Assembly: GCA_963768425.1 (NCBI GenBank)
Contig: CAVYHV010000013.1
Coordinates: 39,555-103,554 of the forward strand
Source of the DNA: Candidatus Bathyarchaeota archaeon
GTDB taxonomy: Archaea > Thermoproteota > Bathyarchaeia > Bathyarchaeales > Bathycorpusculaceae
Direction of reading: 5' to 3'
DNA: 64,000 nt
This document shows, piece after piece, positions 28,911-41,099 of this stretch (position 1 is the first letter of the stretch; every line of letters starts with the position of its first letter). The notes under the pieces are model-generated. The model was not told the origin of the DNA, did no database searches, and worked only from the letters and a program-made list of their open reading frames with translations. Position numbers and translations under genes: made by a program.

Positions 28911-31330
28911 TTGAAGAGACCATCGCTTAAGATCTCCGGGTTGAAAACTTGGTATGCGGATCAAAAACAGAAACGAAAAGAAGAAGAGATTGAGCGAAAG
29001 AAGCATGAGTCTCCGATGCTGAAAATGCTTGCGTTCGTAGTAACGCTTGTTGCAATGGCCATTGGCATGTCTATTCTGCCTCTGTTCCCGCCCCCGCTAC
29101 CGATTTTTCTTGCAGTGCTTGTGGCTTTTCTAGTCTACCAATACCCAATAGTCGGGATGCCCATCGGCGGCGCCGTGATCGGGTTAGGCTTACTTTTCAA
29201 TTTGTCTCAACCCGGATTTTACTTTATCTCTTATCTGGATCAGAACAGATTCGATTAGGATTTGTAGTTGTGACTATGGCACTGTTAATTGGTTTGCCAA
29301 TAGCTTTCAACCGCTACAAGAGCGTCCTCGCCATTGATTTCGGAATACTGGCGGTTGCAGCGCTTTCTTCTTCCTCAACGTATTTCTTGGCGATCCCATT
29401 GCTTTTTGCTTCAGCAGTGTACTTCAAAAGACAGGTCGTTTTAACTGTTGTATTCTACGCCTTGCTCACGATTCCTCTTCAAATCGTCCAATACTACCAG
29501 TACACTGTTGCGCCAATTCTTCAGTCTGATTGGTGGAATGTGCCCGGCACAAGTCCGCCGATTTTTGTTTCGTTACAGCAAATTTTTTCGAGCCTTGGTT
29601 CATCAATAGCTCAGTTTCGACTCTTTGACGTATCCCAAGTTATTTACAACATCACCGGTCAGTTAACTTGGATTCCAAATGCAAACATAAACGGACACAA
29701 CCTTGGAAATGCAATGACGCAGTACCTTGATTCAGCTCCTGGCTTGATCATGTTCGTCGATTATCGTTGTAGGTCTTGCCATGGGAGGAATCTATCTTCA
29801 CAAGACTACTTATCAGATCAGGTTCAGGAGGGTTAAGCGACAAACTTTTGCCCATTTTCACTGCAACTATCGCCGCCGCTCTATTCTTTATCCTTATGGG
29901 CGCTCTGGCAACACCGCTGGCTTTTTCAGCTGACACAAGCCCGGGAACGCTGATTCTTGGAACCTTAGCCACTCTTCTCTTCACGCTTCCAATTGCCTTC
30001 ATAAACACCAACCCCAAACAAACGACGACTCCCCAAATGATCACCGATAAACTCAAAGGACTCATCGCCAAGGCTCATGCTCTTGTTGATCAAATAGACA
30101 ATGTCAAAGCCAACATCCCTGTTGTTGTAAGCGTGCCTGAAGGAAAAATCTCCATCATCAAAGACAATCTTGAAGATACCCTGAGGAAATCTGAAAGCCA
30201 ACTCTACGATCCAGTGGAGATGGACAAGAAATTCGCTGAACTTGACCCCGTTGGCGAAGAAATTGATGCAGTTGACTCAGAGCTAAATGCCCTTTTGGCA
30301 GAGTACCAGATTTTCGTTAATTGCGAATATTCTAACTGGATAGGCAAACTAATGGACATCGGCTTGGACGTACAATCCACATTGACGGCCGATTATCTGA
30401 AGGCGATGACTCTTGATGAAAGGATAGACGCCATTAAGCAGATTTTGGAGGCGGGAAGAACCCTTGCCAAGAGACGTGATGCTGACGGCTGAACCCATCT
30501 ATTTCGTTGTGAGGTCTCTTTACGACCCAAGCCTGCCTGAAACAAGCAGGGCAATTGAATTCACTACCCAAAAAATCGAGGCAAAAGAGTCGCCATGGAT
30601 CGCAATAGAAGCCTTATACAACTCTCTTAACAACTGGAGCAGGCAATACGGCGATGACATCTTATCTTCAATGAGGTACCTCAAAGATTCCCTAACGCCG
30701 ATAGCTAACTTGAGCGGTGAGAGCGATGTGTTGCCGCCTGTTTTCGGCGAGAATCTTTCTAAAGTTCTTGATTACGCCAAAAAAGCCGAGGGCATGCGCT
30801 TGCTGGTGGGCAAGAAAGCTGAGAAGCAGAAACTAAGCATCGTCGACGTTATCTCCCTGAAAGACGACATACAAACATTTCTTACCATCGCCCAAGATGT
30901 TCTCTCCATGCTTTACACTGAACTGGTCAACTGAAGAAGACACAATTGATCGTCTGCTTCCCACAAAAGAATACCTCTGGGAAACAAACAGCAACCTACG
31001 CGAACGTCTAAAGAAAGCAACCGACGCCCTTGCCAATTCGTCCGACTACAAGATCAACCAAATAATGGAGAACCTGCCCAAAAGCCTCGCTTACGTTGAT
31101 GAAACAGTGCAGACACTGGCCGTTTACTCGGAACGAAGAGAATTCCTCCTCAACTACCCTACAGCAGAAGCAGCAATTGAAGAACAGCTCAAAACCAAAA
31201 ATCGTCTAACGCCAAAAGACCTTCCCTTCCAACCCGGTTTGCAGGAGAATACCTAAGACTCTACTATAGCCAGCGGTTCAGCGAATTCTCCTTCGACAAA
31301 GACAGCATGCAACTAACAAAAAGAGACTAA
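28911..31330 (+). CDS. Large multi-TM protein with C-terminal coiled-coil/helical region (about five frameshifts)
   Basis: Consecutive ORFs 28911, 29270, 29776, 30464 and 30897; final frame ends YLRLYYSQRFSEF...KRD* at 31330. Confidence 0.72.
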
Positions 31331-31421
31331 CGCCACCAACAAACGCCCACCATTTCTGAACGTTAACGTTTTTATATTTCAATCTGCCTAATACTTATCA
31401 GTAAGATTCTGAGGAACCAAA

Positions 31422-32096
31422 ATGGCTTATTTTTCTGACCGAGTAGATGCTGGAAAACGCCTTGCCGCAGCGTTAACGGATTTCGAGGGAAAAAACGCTG
31501 TTGTTCTTGCTATTCCGCGGGGCGGTGTTGTCGTTGCCTACGAAATCGCTAAAGCGCTCAACCTGCCGCTCGACGTCATTATCCCGCGAAAGATAGGTGC
31601 TCCCGACAATCCCGAGTTGGCGATAGGCGCCATGACTGAAGACGGAACCATCATAATAGACAAAGATTAGTCGCTTACCTTGGTGTAACCGAGTCTTACA
31701 TAAAGCAGGAAAGCGAAAGGCAAAAACACGAGATTGAACGCAGACTCAAAATGTACAGGTCAAGATGAACCTTACCCAAACCTCAAGGGAAAAGACGTTA
31801 TCATCGTTGACGATGGGATAGCTACGGGCTCCACCATGAAGGCAGCCCTGGCTTCCGTCAAAAACAGAGGCGCAAAAACCGTAACCGTTGCCATACCTGT
31901 TGGTCCCCCCGACACCATCCGAGAACTGGAAAAGCAGGCGGATCGCGTCTTATGCCTCTACACGCCCGAATATTTCGCCGCAATTGGACAATTCTACCGC
32001 GACTTTGAACAAACCAGCGACGAAGAAGTCACTGAACTGCTCAAGCAAAATAGGCAGATAAACCGCGGGAAACAAGCAGGAATGGTGAGGGCATGA
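31422..32096 (+). CDS. Phosphoribosyltransferase-family protein (frameshifted)
   Basis: DRVDAG, LAIPRGG, RKIGAP.NPELAIGA, IIVDDGIATGSTM. Confidence 0.9.
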
Positions 32097-32743
32097 TTCA
32101 GCAGGAAATGAAAATTCCTGTCGGCAAGGTTGTTGTCGAAGGAAACTTAAACGTTCCTTCGGGAGCGATTTGCATCGTGTTGTTTGCCCATGGAAGTGGA
32201 AGCAGCCGCTTCAGCTCGCGGAACCAATACGTTGCAAGAGAGTTTAACAAAGCCAAAATCGGCACACTGCTTTTTGACCTGCTGACCAGCGAAGAGGAAG
32301 AGCAAGACACCTTCACAGCCGAGTACCGTTTCAACATAGGCATGCTGGCCGAACGCCTCGTAGGAGCAACTGAACATCTTAAAAAAGACAAACAGACAAA
32401 AGACTATCCCTTCGGGTATTTCGGAGCAAGCACTGGCGCCGCTGCCGCCCTAATAGGAGCCGCAAAACTTCCCAACGACATCACCGCTGTCGTATCCCGT
32501 GGAGGACGACCCGACCTTGCAGCAGAATACCTCCCAAGAGTCGCTGCGCCAACCCTTCTGCTCGTCGGCGGCTTAGACACCGAAGTCATTGAGCTAAACA
32601 GGGAAGCAATGGCTCAGATGAAATCCGAAAAGAAACTCGTGATAATTCCAGGTGCAACCCACCTTTTCGAAGAACCTGGAAAACTTGAACAAGTCGCTAA
32701 AATATCAACCGATTGGTTTCTGAACCATTTAGAGAAGACTTAA
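32093..32743 (+). CDS. Alpha/beta hydrolase, dienelactone hydrolase-like
   Basis: FAHGSGSSR, GYFGASTG, SRGGRPDLA, GATHLFEEPG. Confidence 0.9.
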   Translation: MIQQEMKIPVGKVVVEGNLNVPSGAICIVLFAHGSGSSRFSSRNQYVAREFNKAKIGTLLFDLLTSEEEEQDTFTAEYRFNIGMLAERLVGATEHLKKDKQTKDYPFGYFGASTGAAAALIGAAKLPNDITAVVSRGGRPDLAAEYLPRVAAPTLLLVGGLDTEVIELNREAMAQMKSEKKLVIIPGATHLFEEPGKLEQVAKISTDWFLNHLEKT

Positions 32744-32819
32744 AAAAGCGAGCAAAAGAAATAGAAATACGTGCGCGATTGTTGACGCTTACTGCGTCAC
32801 TATTCCTAAGCAGGTTTAA

Positions 32820-33558
32820 TCATTCAAGTATTATTCTTGCGTCGACGGTTTTTGCGCCGGTTTGGTAGGCGAGAACGGGGTTGAGGTCTAACTCTTTGAT
32901 TTCTGGGTTCTCTGTGACAAGGCGCGAGACGCTCAATAAGATGGCGATTAGGGCGTCGATATCTGCGGGCGGCGTATTGCGGAAACCTTTGAGAAGTGGG
33001 TAAGCTTTGAGTTGCGTAATCATTTCTTTGGCGTCATCTGAGGTTATTGGGGCGATTCGGAAGTTCACATCTTTGAGAAGTTCTACAAATATTCCTCCGA
33101 GGCCGAACATGATTGTTTGTCCAAACTGGGGATCCTTGATCGCGCCGACGATGGTTTCAGTTGATGATGGAGCCATTTCTTGGACGAGGATGCCGACAAT
33201 TTTCGCGTTCGCGTTATACTTCTTGACATTTTCCAAAATTTTTCTGTAAGCGCTTCCCAACGTCGGAGGCATTTTTCAGGTTGACAATGACTCCGCCAGC
33301 GTCGGATTTGTGGATAACGTCAGGTGATACAATTTTGAGCACAACTGGGTAACCGATTTCGGCTGCGTATGCTGCGGCTTGAGTTTCATTTGAGGCAACC
33401 TTGAATTTGGTTACGGGGATACCGTATTCCATGCAGATTTGTTTGGCTTCGGGTTCAAGAAGCGCTTTTCTGCCTTCTTTTTTAGCTTGATTTATGATTT
33501 TTGTGGTTTGCTTCAAACTGCATTCTTCCATCGAGGCTAATCTTTCGTGTAGTGACAT
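32820..33558 (-). CDS. ADP-forming acetate/acyl-CoA ligase beta subunit, ATP-grasp (frameshifted)
   Basis: GYPVVLKIVSPD.IHKSDAGGV, DPQFG..IMFGLGGIFVE, ELDLNP. Confidence 0.9.
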
Positions 33559-33721
33559 AACTTATTGGGTTTAAATTTGTTTTGTCGCGGAGGGTTGGTT
33601 TGAGAAATGCGTAGCTTGGTGTTTGTTGTTTTGGTGTGGTTGCGTAGAACACTTCAACATTAGTGTATATTGAGACATAATATTTAATAGGTTACAAACG
33701 TGATTCCTAAAACAGATCCAT

Positions 33722-35440
33722 ATGCCAGACCAAAGCCTCAAACAAAAACTGAATCAAACCTTTGCCAAGTTAAAACCAAAAAAGAAACCAACGAAAACGC
33801 AAAAACCAGCACCCCAACAGAACAAAAAAGAAAATACTAAAAAGAAATTCAAAATGCCAAAAATATTCTCCATTTTCAAAAAGAAAAAGGTTGAACAGGA
33901 TCTCCCAACGGTAAACAAGGCTTTGCCCAAGTCTTTGAAGGTAATTGACAAATATTCCCTCTACGAACCCTTTGCCCAGGTTTTTATCGTTCAAGAACCT
34001 AAAACAGGCGAGTACAAATACATTCTTGACGAGCTTCAACTCGACAACTTTGAGCAAGGAATATACAATCGGGTTCTTGAAATATTGCTTGCTGAAATCG
34101 AGTCGCCCAAAGAGGAAATCGCTGATCCTAGAAAATTCTTTGCGCAAGAAGCCAAGAAAATCGTGGACAAATATCGAATTAGCCTCGGTTGGTTGCCCGA
34201 TGTTTCATGGTATAAAATCCTCTATCATGCAGAACGGGATCTGGTGGGCTTTGGCAAAATTGATCCGCTGATGCGTGACCCCAACATAGAAGACATTTCT
34301 TGCGACGGCGTTAGTAAGTCAGTTTATATTTGGCACCGAACTTTTGAAAGCATCGAAACTAACGTTCAATTTGAAAACGATGAAATCCTCGATAACATGG
34401 TTGGCAAACTTGTACACATGGCAGGGAAACACGTTAGCTCCGCCTTCCCAATAGTCGACGCATCACTACCTGGCAAACACCGTTTAGCGGTTTGTTACCG
34501 CCGGGAAATCACACCCTTCGGCACAGCCTTCACGATCAGAAAATTCCGCGATGACCCATATTCAATCATCGACTTGATCAACATCGGCACTTTCACTGAA
34601 GAACTCGCCGCCTACCTCTGGATATGCCTTGAAAATCGCGCTTCAATCATGATTCTCGGCGGAACAGCCGCAGGCAAAACCACCGCGTTGAACGCTATGG
34701 CGTGCCTAATTAAGCCGGGAAGCAAAATTATCACAATCGAAGAAACCGCAGAGTTAAACTTATCACATGAAAACTGGGTCTCGCTTATTAGCCGTCAAAG
34801 CTACGGTTTAGGCGGAAACAGTGTCGGTGAAGTTCCCCTTTTCGATTTGGTCAAAGCTTCAATGAGACACCGCCCTGACATGCTGATTGTAGGCGAAGTC
34901 CGAGGCCAAGAAGCGTATGTTTTATTCCAAGCCCTAGCAACGGGACACGGCGGCATGTGCACTATGCACGCGGAAAATTTGGATTCAGCCGTTAAAAGGT
35001 TAACTCAGAAACCAATGGAAATTTCTCCTGCTTACATTCCGCTGATGAACGTTGTCATCTCCGTTCAGCGTGTCCACTTGGTTAAGTCTGGCGTGAAAAA
35101 AGCTTACAGACGAATACTTTCAACTAATGAAATCGCTGGTTACGAAAACTACGTGAACATTTTCACTTGGGATCCAGTTGCGGACCAGCAGGTATCTTTC
35201 GTTGGCAAAAGCCCAATGTTTGAGTCAATTGCAAAACGTGTTGGCCAAACGACGGCGGAGTTGGTTGAAGAGACAAAGAGGCGAAGCGAGGTTTTGCATT
35301 GGATGCGGCAACAAAAAATCCGAAGTTACAAAGAAGTAGCTCATATAATCGCAGAGTACTACGCAAGACCAAAGGAATTTTACGAAAAAATCAAGACGGG
35401 CGAGGAGGAAAAACTGGTTGCCGCTGAGCCAAAAATTTGA
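33722..35440 (+). CDS. Type II/IV secretion (pilus assembly) ATPase
   Basis: IEDISCDG, Walker A GGTAAGKT, TIEETAEL, RHRPD..IVGEVRG, TGHGGMCTMH. Confidence 0.95.
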   Translation: MPDQSLKQKLNQTFAKLKPKKKPTKTQKPAPQQNKKENTKKKFKMPKIFSIFKKKKVEQDLPTVNKALPKSLKVIDKYSLYEPFAQVFIVQEPKTGEYKYILDELQLDNFEQGIYNRVLEILLAEIESPKEEIADPRKFFAQEAKKIVDKYRISLGWLPDVSWYKILYHAERDLVGFGKIDPLMRDPNIEDISCDGVSKSVYIWHRTFESIETNVQFENDEILDNMVGKLVHMAGKHVSSAFPIVDASLPGKHRLAVCYRREITPFGTAFTIRKFRDDPYSIIDLINIGTFTEELAAYLWICLENRASIMILGGTAAGKTTALNAMACLIKPGSKIITIEETAELNLSHENWVSLISRQSYGLGGNSVGEVPLFDLVKASMRHRPDMLIVGEVRGQEAYVLFQALATGHGGMCTMHAENLDSAVKRLTQKPMEISPAYIPLMNVVISVQRVHLVKSGVKKAYRRILSTNEIAGYENYVNIFTWDPVADQQVSFVGKSPMFESIAKRVGQTTAELVEETKRRSEVLHWMRQQKIRSYKEVAHIIAEYYARPKEFYEKIKTGEEEKLVAAEPKI

Positions 35441-37142
35441 GGCACTTTCATATCGCCTGTTCGGGCATCTTGCACAATATTTTCAGGAGCATATTTTCCC
35501 GATTAAGAACTCTTTAGAGAAGGGACGGGTCAGAATCTTTCATGACACTTACATTTCAATGATGTTCTTTGCTGTTCTGCTTTCTCTTCCTGTTTCAGCG
35601 TTGGGCATAGTGCTTGTTGTGTTCACCCACATTATGCCATTGCTAATTCTGGTTCCAATTCCTCTTTTCATCGTAATCGGATTCCTGTTTATGCCTACAT
35701 CCAAGGCCAGTGACAGAGCGTCAGGCTTGGAACGTGAGATGCCTTTTGCAGCTGCATACATCAGCGTTATGGCTTCAGGAGGCATCGCGCCATACACCAG
35801 TTTTAAGCGGCTATCTGAAGTTGACTTGATGCCCGCAATGAGTATGGAAGCCAGAGACATAATGAAAGACGTAGAAGTCTTCGGTGTTGACCCATTAACC
35901 GCCCTTGAAGAAGCAGCAAAAAAGAATCCGCTGGACATATTCAAAGACTTTCTAAGCGGCTACGCTTCAACAGTAATCATCGGCGGCGACATCGGGCACT
36001 TCCTTGAACGTAAAGCAGAAGACATATTCAAAACCCGTGCTTTACGCGTTAAAGCGGCTGCCGAACGCCTCGGAATGCTGCTGGAAACTTTCATCATCGT
36101 CATGGTCATGATGTCACTTTGCTTCTACATTCTGTTCGCAGTGCAACAGATTCAAGGAGGATCCAATGCTGTCCCGAACCTTTCCACTTTCTCGGGAATC
36201 CTAATGTACACTTACCTTTTCACGCCTCTGCTCTCCGTAATGTTCGTCTATATGGCACACAGCATGCAGCCCAGGACACCCGTGATTGAAATGAAGCCTT
36301 ACAAAATCTTCGCCGCTTCCTCCGCAGTTGGCATACTCGTGTTGATGCTGCTAACCAACTTTATGGGCGCGGTAAAACTACCTGTCTTTACTACCCTGAT
36401 ATCATGGGGGCTTGACTTGCCCATAGCAATAGCAGCAGCACTTTGCATCTCTGCAGCTCCAGCTGGAATCGTGCACATGAAAATGGCTAAGAAACAAGCA
36501 AGCATAGAGGCAGGGGTAACAAGTTTTCTGCGTGACCTAACGGAAGTTCGAAAAACGGGTCTATCACCGGAAAAATGTATCGAAAGCTTATCCAAACGTG
36601 ACTACGGCGCCTTCAGCAAGGAACTACGGAAAATCAGCGCTGAAATTTCCTGGGGAATCCCCCTTAAGCGGGTTATGATGGATTTCCTGCATCGGACGAA
36701 AAGCTGGATGGTTCAGATAGTTATGTTTCTGCTGGTGGAAACTGTTGACGTAGGCGGCGGAACCATTGCAATGGTTGAATCGTTGGCTAACTTTAACAAT
36801 TTAACTTCAGAGGTTGAGAAAGAAAAGAAGATGTCGGTTCGCCCATACATAATGATGCCGTATCTAGCCGCGATTCTCCTTGTCGCAACGACAACAATGA
36901 TGCTGGGTTTCACAACTGGCTTCGGGATCACATCAACGGGTGTATCTACCACAAGTGCAGCGGCGAAGGGGATGGCGCAGATGATTTTCCTTACGTCAGT
37001 GGTTTTTAACTGCTTCCTCATCGGCATAGTCGCCGGAAAAATCAGTGAGGAATCCATAGCTGCTGGATTCAAGCATGCGGCAGTTCTGGTCGTTATAGCG
37101 GTAGTTGCTGCAAAGTTGATTCCGATGTTCGTGAAACTTTGA
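35418..37142 (+). CDS. TadC/FlaJ-like T2SS-F membrane platform protein
   Basis: Two T2SSF repeats with TM bundles, directly after the ATPase. Confidence 0.92.
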   Translation: MPLSQKFEALSYRLFGHLAQYFQEHIFPIKNSLEKGRVRIFHDTYISMMFFAVLLSLPVSALGIVLVVFTHIMPLLILVPIPLFIVIGFLFMPTSKASDRASGLEREMPFAAAYISVMASGGIAPYTSFKRLSEVDLMPAMSMEARDIMKDVEVFGVDPLTALEEAAKKNPLDIFKDFLSGYASTVIIGGDIGHFLERKAEDIFKTRALRVKAAAERLGMLLETFIIVMVMMSLCFYILFAVQQIQGGSNAVPNLSTFSGILMYTYLFTPLLSVMFVYMAHSMQPRTPVIEMKPYKIFAASSAVGILVLMLLTNFMGAVKLPVFTTLISWGLDLPIAIAAALCISAAPAGIVHMKMAKKQASIEAGVTSFLRDLTEVRKTGLSPEKCIESLSKRDYGAFSKELRKISAEISWGIPLKRVMMDFLHRTKSWMVQIVMFLLVETVDVGGGTIAMVESLANFNNLTSEVEKEKKMSVRPYIMMPYLAAILLVATTTMMLGFTTGFGITSTGVSTTSAAAKGMAQMIFLTSVVFNCFLIGIVAGKISEESIAAGFKHAAVLVVIAVVAAKLIPMFVKL

Positions 37143-38047
37143 TTTGGAGCGGAACAAAAATGGGATTAAAGACGTTTAGAGGTAAAGGGAAACTGCTGCG
37201 TAAAGACCGTAGAGGACTTAGCCCAGTCATATCCACGGTTATCATGACAGCCGCAATCATTGTGCTGGTTTTGGTTGCGATGTCATATGGGCAGAGTTAT
37301 CTTACCTTAAGCATCGCTCAAAACGAGTTCAGCACCAACCAGCAGTTTATGCTTACAACAGGGCTTCAGATTGACAACGTCGCTTGGATGATAGGTCGAG
37401 CTCAGACCATACAGTATTCAAGCACTTATGGAAGCGTTCAGATTTTACCTGACGCATTGACATACACCGTTCAGATGTACAGCGGACCAACGGGCTCAAC
37501 TTTGGTGAATACTACTACTCTTCAGACAGGCATAATCTTGTACAACGTGCCTACGACAGAGTATTCGCTTGGCAAGAACTACGTGCATCCTATCGGGACT
37601 TCAAACAGTTCTTTTTTGCAGTCCGGTTCAGCGGCACCTGATAGTTACGCTTACTCTATCGAGAAGTTGCCGATGAGCGACGGAAACTTCCTCCGCATAG
37701 TTGTTGTCCCCACGATTAGGATGATGACCACCAAAGTAGGTAACACGAACTACGCTGAATTCTACATGCCGCTACTTACGAACGGTAAAAGTCCGGGGCT
37801 TTCCCAGTCCGTATCTTTGATTTGCCAAAACGTCAATCAATATTTGCAAAGCGGGATAACTAAGGTTACGATCACTGCAAGTTTTCCATTGGCATCCAAA
37901 GGCTTTGATTCAACTTTCTTCCCATTTCAAACCACCACGCAAACTGTGACGTTGGATTCTACTGTGCAGGTTTACGTGGGCGAGGTATCCGTCTCGAGTA
38001 GGATTGTACGCTTAAATGGAGTGACTCTGAATGCAAGGAACTATTGA
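37139..38047 (+). CDS. Type IV pilin-like protein
   Basis: Class III signal RKDRRG|LSPVISTVIMTAAIIVLVLV. Confidence 0.85.
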   Translation: MIWSGTKMGLKTFRGKGKLLRKDRRGLSPVISTVIMTAAIIVLVLVAMSYGQSYLTLSIAQNEFSTNQQFMLTTGLQIDNVAWMIGRAQTIQYSSTYGSVQILPDALTYTVQMYSGPTGSTLVNTTTLQTGIILYNVPTTEYSLGKNYVHPIGTSNSSFLQSGSAAPDSYAYSIEKLPMSDGNFLRIVVVPTIRMMTTKVGNTNYAEFYMPLLTNGKSPGLSQSVSLICQNVNQYLQSGITKVTITASFPLASKGFDSTFFPFQTTTQTVTLDSTVQVYVGEVSVSSRIVRLNGVTLNARNY

Positions 38048-38510
38048 ATACATGATTCTGATTCCGGTTCTAATTCTCCAGATATTCCTTTTCCCTATGT
38101 TTGTCAGCGTCGCAATGGGGCAGTGGACAGGAGATCGCCAAACGCTTGAACTTCAAGAAACAGCCAGCAGCTTAGCCAGCGTGATTGAACAAACTTACCT
38201 TTCACTCAATCATACCTCTATCTTGAGCTGCAAATTCAATAGCACCCTTCCGTTTCCGGCAACAATTGAAGGCTACAATTACACGGCTATCGGGTCGTTG
38301 CAGTCCATTTCGGATTCCACTTATGGCTCAAGCAAAGTGCTGAGCGTAACTATGAGTTTGGTAGGAAAGCAACTCTCAACATCGACTGAGGTTACTCTTG
38401 GGCAAAATGTTGCTTGGGTAAATTCGGTGCTTGTCGGTAACCCGCCCACTGCCTGTCTGGTTGCTGAGAAATTTGCTAACCAAACCATCCAGCTGTCATT
38501 CGGCAGCTAG
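38031..38510 (+). CDS. Minor pilin-like protein
   Basis: MQGTIEY (Q-x-x-x-E) followed by a hydrophobic helix. Confidence 0.8.
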   Translation: MQGTIEYMILIPVLILQIFLFPMFVSVAMGQWTGDRQTLELQETASSLASVIEQTYLSLNHTSILSCKFNSTLPFPATIEGYNYTAIGSLQSISDSTYGSSKVLSVTMSLVGKQLSTSTEVTLGQNVAWVNSVLVGNPPTACLVAEKFANQTIQLSFGS

Positions 38511-38548
38511 CGGAGGATTATGCACTGTCAAGCGTAACGATCGACCAC

Positions 38549-39770
38549 ATGGTTTCAATAATCATCTTCTTAGCTGCGATATTGCTCTTCATTGGTCTCT
38601 TCACCAATACCATCAACACTGCCATAGTCTACGAGCAACATCAAGGAACTGCAACGAAATGCAGTGACCTTCTTGACAGCATGCTACTTAATCCCGGCAG
38701 CCCAAGCAGCTGGGGACAAAGCGATGTAGCTCCCTCAAGCTTCGGCGTACAGGATCCAGAGTTCACTGAATACCAGCTGAGCGCTTTTTCGCTTATGCGT
38801 TTAGCTGCCTCAACGGGCGATTTGGTTGAATACGATAAAACATCTAACACATTGTACACAAGTGTGACAAATGGGGCAGGCGCGGGTTTGTTGACTCCTA
38901 ACGCCCAAGCCTTAAACTACTACCACGGCTTTGCAGCTGCTTGGGATAAACGGCACCTACGGCTTCCAACTCTCATTAACACCGGATGTCACGGTGACAG
39001 TTAAACAGGCTGATTCCAACCCGCCATTGAGCTTCTCAGTGAGCGCAACGGGCGCAGGTTTTCCTTTTGCCGGTGCATCGATAAGTTACTGCCTTATCAT
39101 AGTCACTTTAGGTCAAACTCAAGCTCAATACCCATCCTACAAAATACTAAACGGCACGGCCTTGGCCGATCAGCAAGGAGCAGCTTCCATTGTTTTCCCA
39201 ACTGTCACTCAGCCTAACCCAATCTACGCGTTTATTGCCTACACACATTTAGACGGCATCGTGGGCGTAGGCTACACTGCAAGCACACCAACAACAGACC
39301 CAACTGTAGTACCCATTGCACAAGACATGAAAACTGATTCTGTTGCGTTGGCTAACAGCTACGACCTCAACAACTCTGGCTCAGCTGGCTACCCACTGAA
39401 GTATAACGTTACATTCGTTATTTCAACGCAAGATTACCAACTTAGTGAATTGTCTCTTGGCTCGGGTAGCAGCCCAGGATTGGTGGGCACAGTTACTTCG
39501 GGTGTAAGCAACCCAGTCCCGACTATTTCTCTGCCAGCTTCAGCAACAGGCATTCTAATAGTTACGTATCAGCAAAGCGCCACATTAGGCGGTGTGGTAA
39601 TGATGCCTTGGGGCATGAGCTCCCTTGCGTTTCCGGTGAATTTCGGCGGAAACCCGTCGCGGCAGTCGTGGGTCGCAACCGATTTGCGTCAGGTAATGAT
39701 TGGCGACGTTGCCTATCAGGCTAAACTATCGCTTTGGAGCACCAAACCAATAGGAGTGACTGGCTTATGA
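38549..39770 (+). CDS. Pilin-like/accessory protein (frameshifted; start slightly upstream)
   Basis: TIDHMVSIIIFLAAILLF helix, LLNPGSP..WG; ORFs 38549 and 38931 join. Confidence 0.75.
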
Positions 39771-41099
39771 TGCGTACCGTCGAAGTCCTGATGGTTATAA
39801 TCATCTTAACTGGCGCTTTTATGGCGTCAACGTACTTTGCAGTTTTGCCTTGGCCTCGTCAAGTTTCTCCCCTGGATTTAGGACGCCTCTCACTTACGAC
39901 GCTTGAGACTCTTAATTCTGGGAACGCCTTAAGCGAAGCTGCCTTTGACACGGGAAATGCAACAGATTGGGAAAACTTGCAGGTTGCTCTTTCAGCTTCC
40001 CTGCCTCCGAACGTCATCTACAACCTTACGGTTTATAACGTAAACAGTGCCCAGGGCGGCTCAACCCTATACACTTCTCAACAATCAATCTCCAACGCAG
40101 CCAATTTAGGCATTAGCTCAGACGCAGCCTCGTACCTCGTTTCTTCATCCAACGTCACTTTTAACCCAACTCCACAGAAAATCGGTGAAACTGCAAGTGG
40201 CGGCGGCGGAATAACATTGTACATTCTGAACTGTAGCGATTCGAATGGATGGTGGATTACAGGTTACAACGCTCAGAGTTTGGCTGGCGACCTTGAAAAC
40301 TTGTTGTCACCTTACTTTGCTCGAACAGTAATGGTGCAAACCACGGCTCAACTGGGAACATTGTTGAATGGAACTCCGCTGCAAGGCGAAAGCCTTCAAA
40401 ACGCAGTTATCATTAACACCTGCGGGGAAGCAGTGCCGATTCCAAGCGCGTTTTCAGGGTCTCCTTATTCAACTGACGGTTATGCACGGTACTGTTACTT
40501 TTTAGGTCAAAAGGTCAACCAATACAATTGGACATGGACTAGCATCGTTGGGTGGCCTTTCTATTACGTGACTAACACTGCTTTGTTTTCTAACAGCCAA
40601 AATAGTTGGGGCATTTACGGCATGAACATGGTTGGCGACCTCCTGGATTAAACGCATTTCTTGAAGGAATAGACAATCAACCATATGCGTCCGGCATCCA
40701 GCACAACAGGCAGTCCTGGAGTAGTAAACTTGTCAAATGAAGCCGTAACGGATTGCAACTACTACGGCATCTATCCTTCAACATACCAGACTTCAACGCG
40801 TGCGCTGCCCACTTCTATCCAAGCCCAATTCCATCTTACTGCTCACAACCTACGTTTTTAATACAGTAAACACGGTATGGAACCCAGGCGCTGTATACAG
40901 GCACACAGTCACCGTTAACGGGAAGACACAGTATCAGGGTGGATTCTACGCGTTGGGTTTAGCCCGAACTCCCGACATCAGGCTCACAGCCCTTGGCTTG
41001 CTCTGTGACTATCACCCTAGAATCTACAGTTCAGACTTCAACAGCTACGATACTTCGCGTCTAGTTGTTCTACAGCTTGGTTTAGTGGGAGGAACATAG
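39767..41099 (+). CDS. Pilin-like/accessory protein (frameshifted)
   Basis: MMRTVEVLMVIIIL N-terminus; continues through 40800..41099 ending VVLQLG. Confidence 0.72.
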
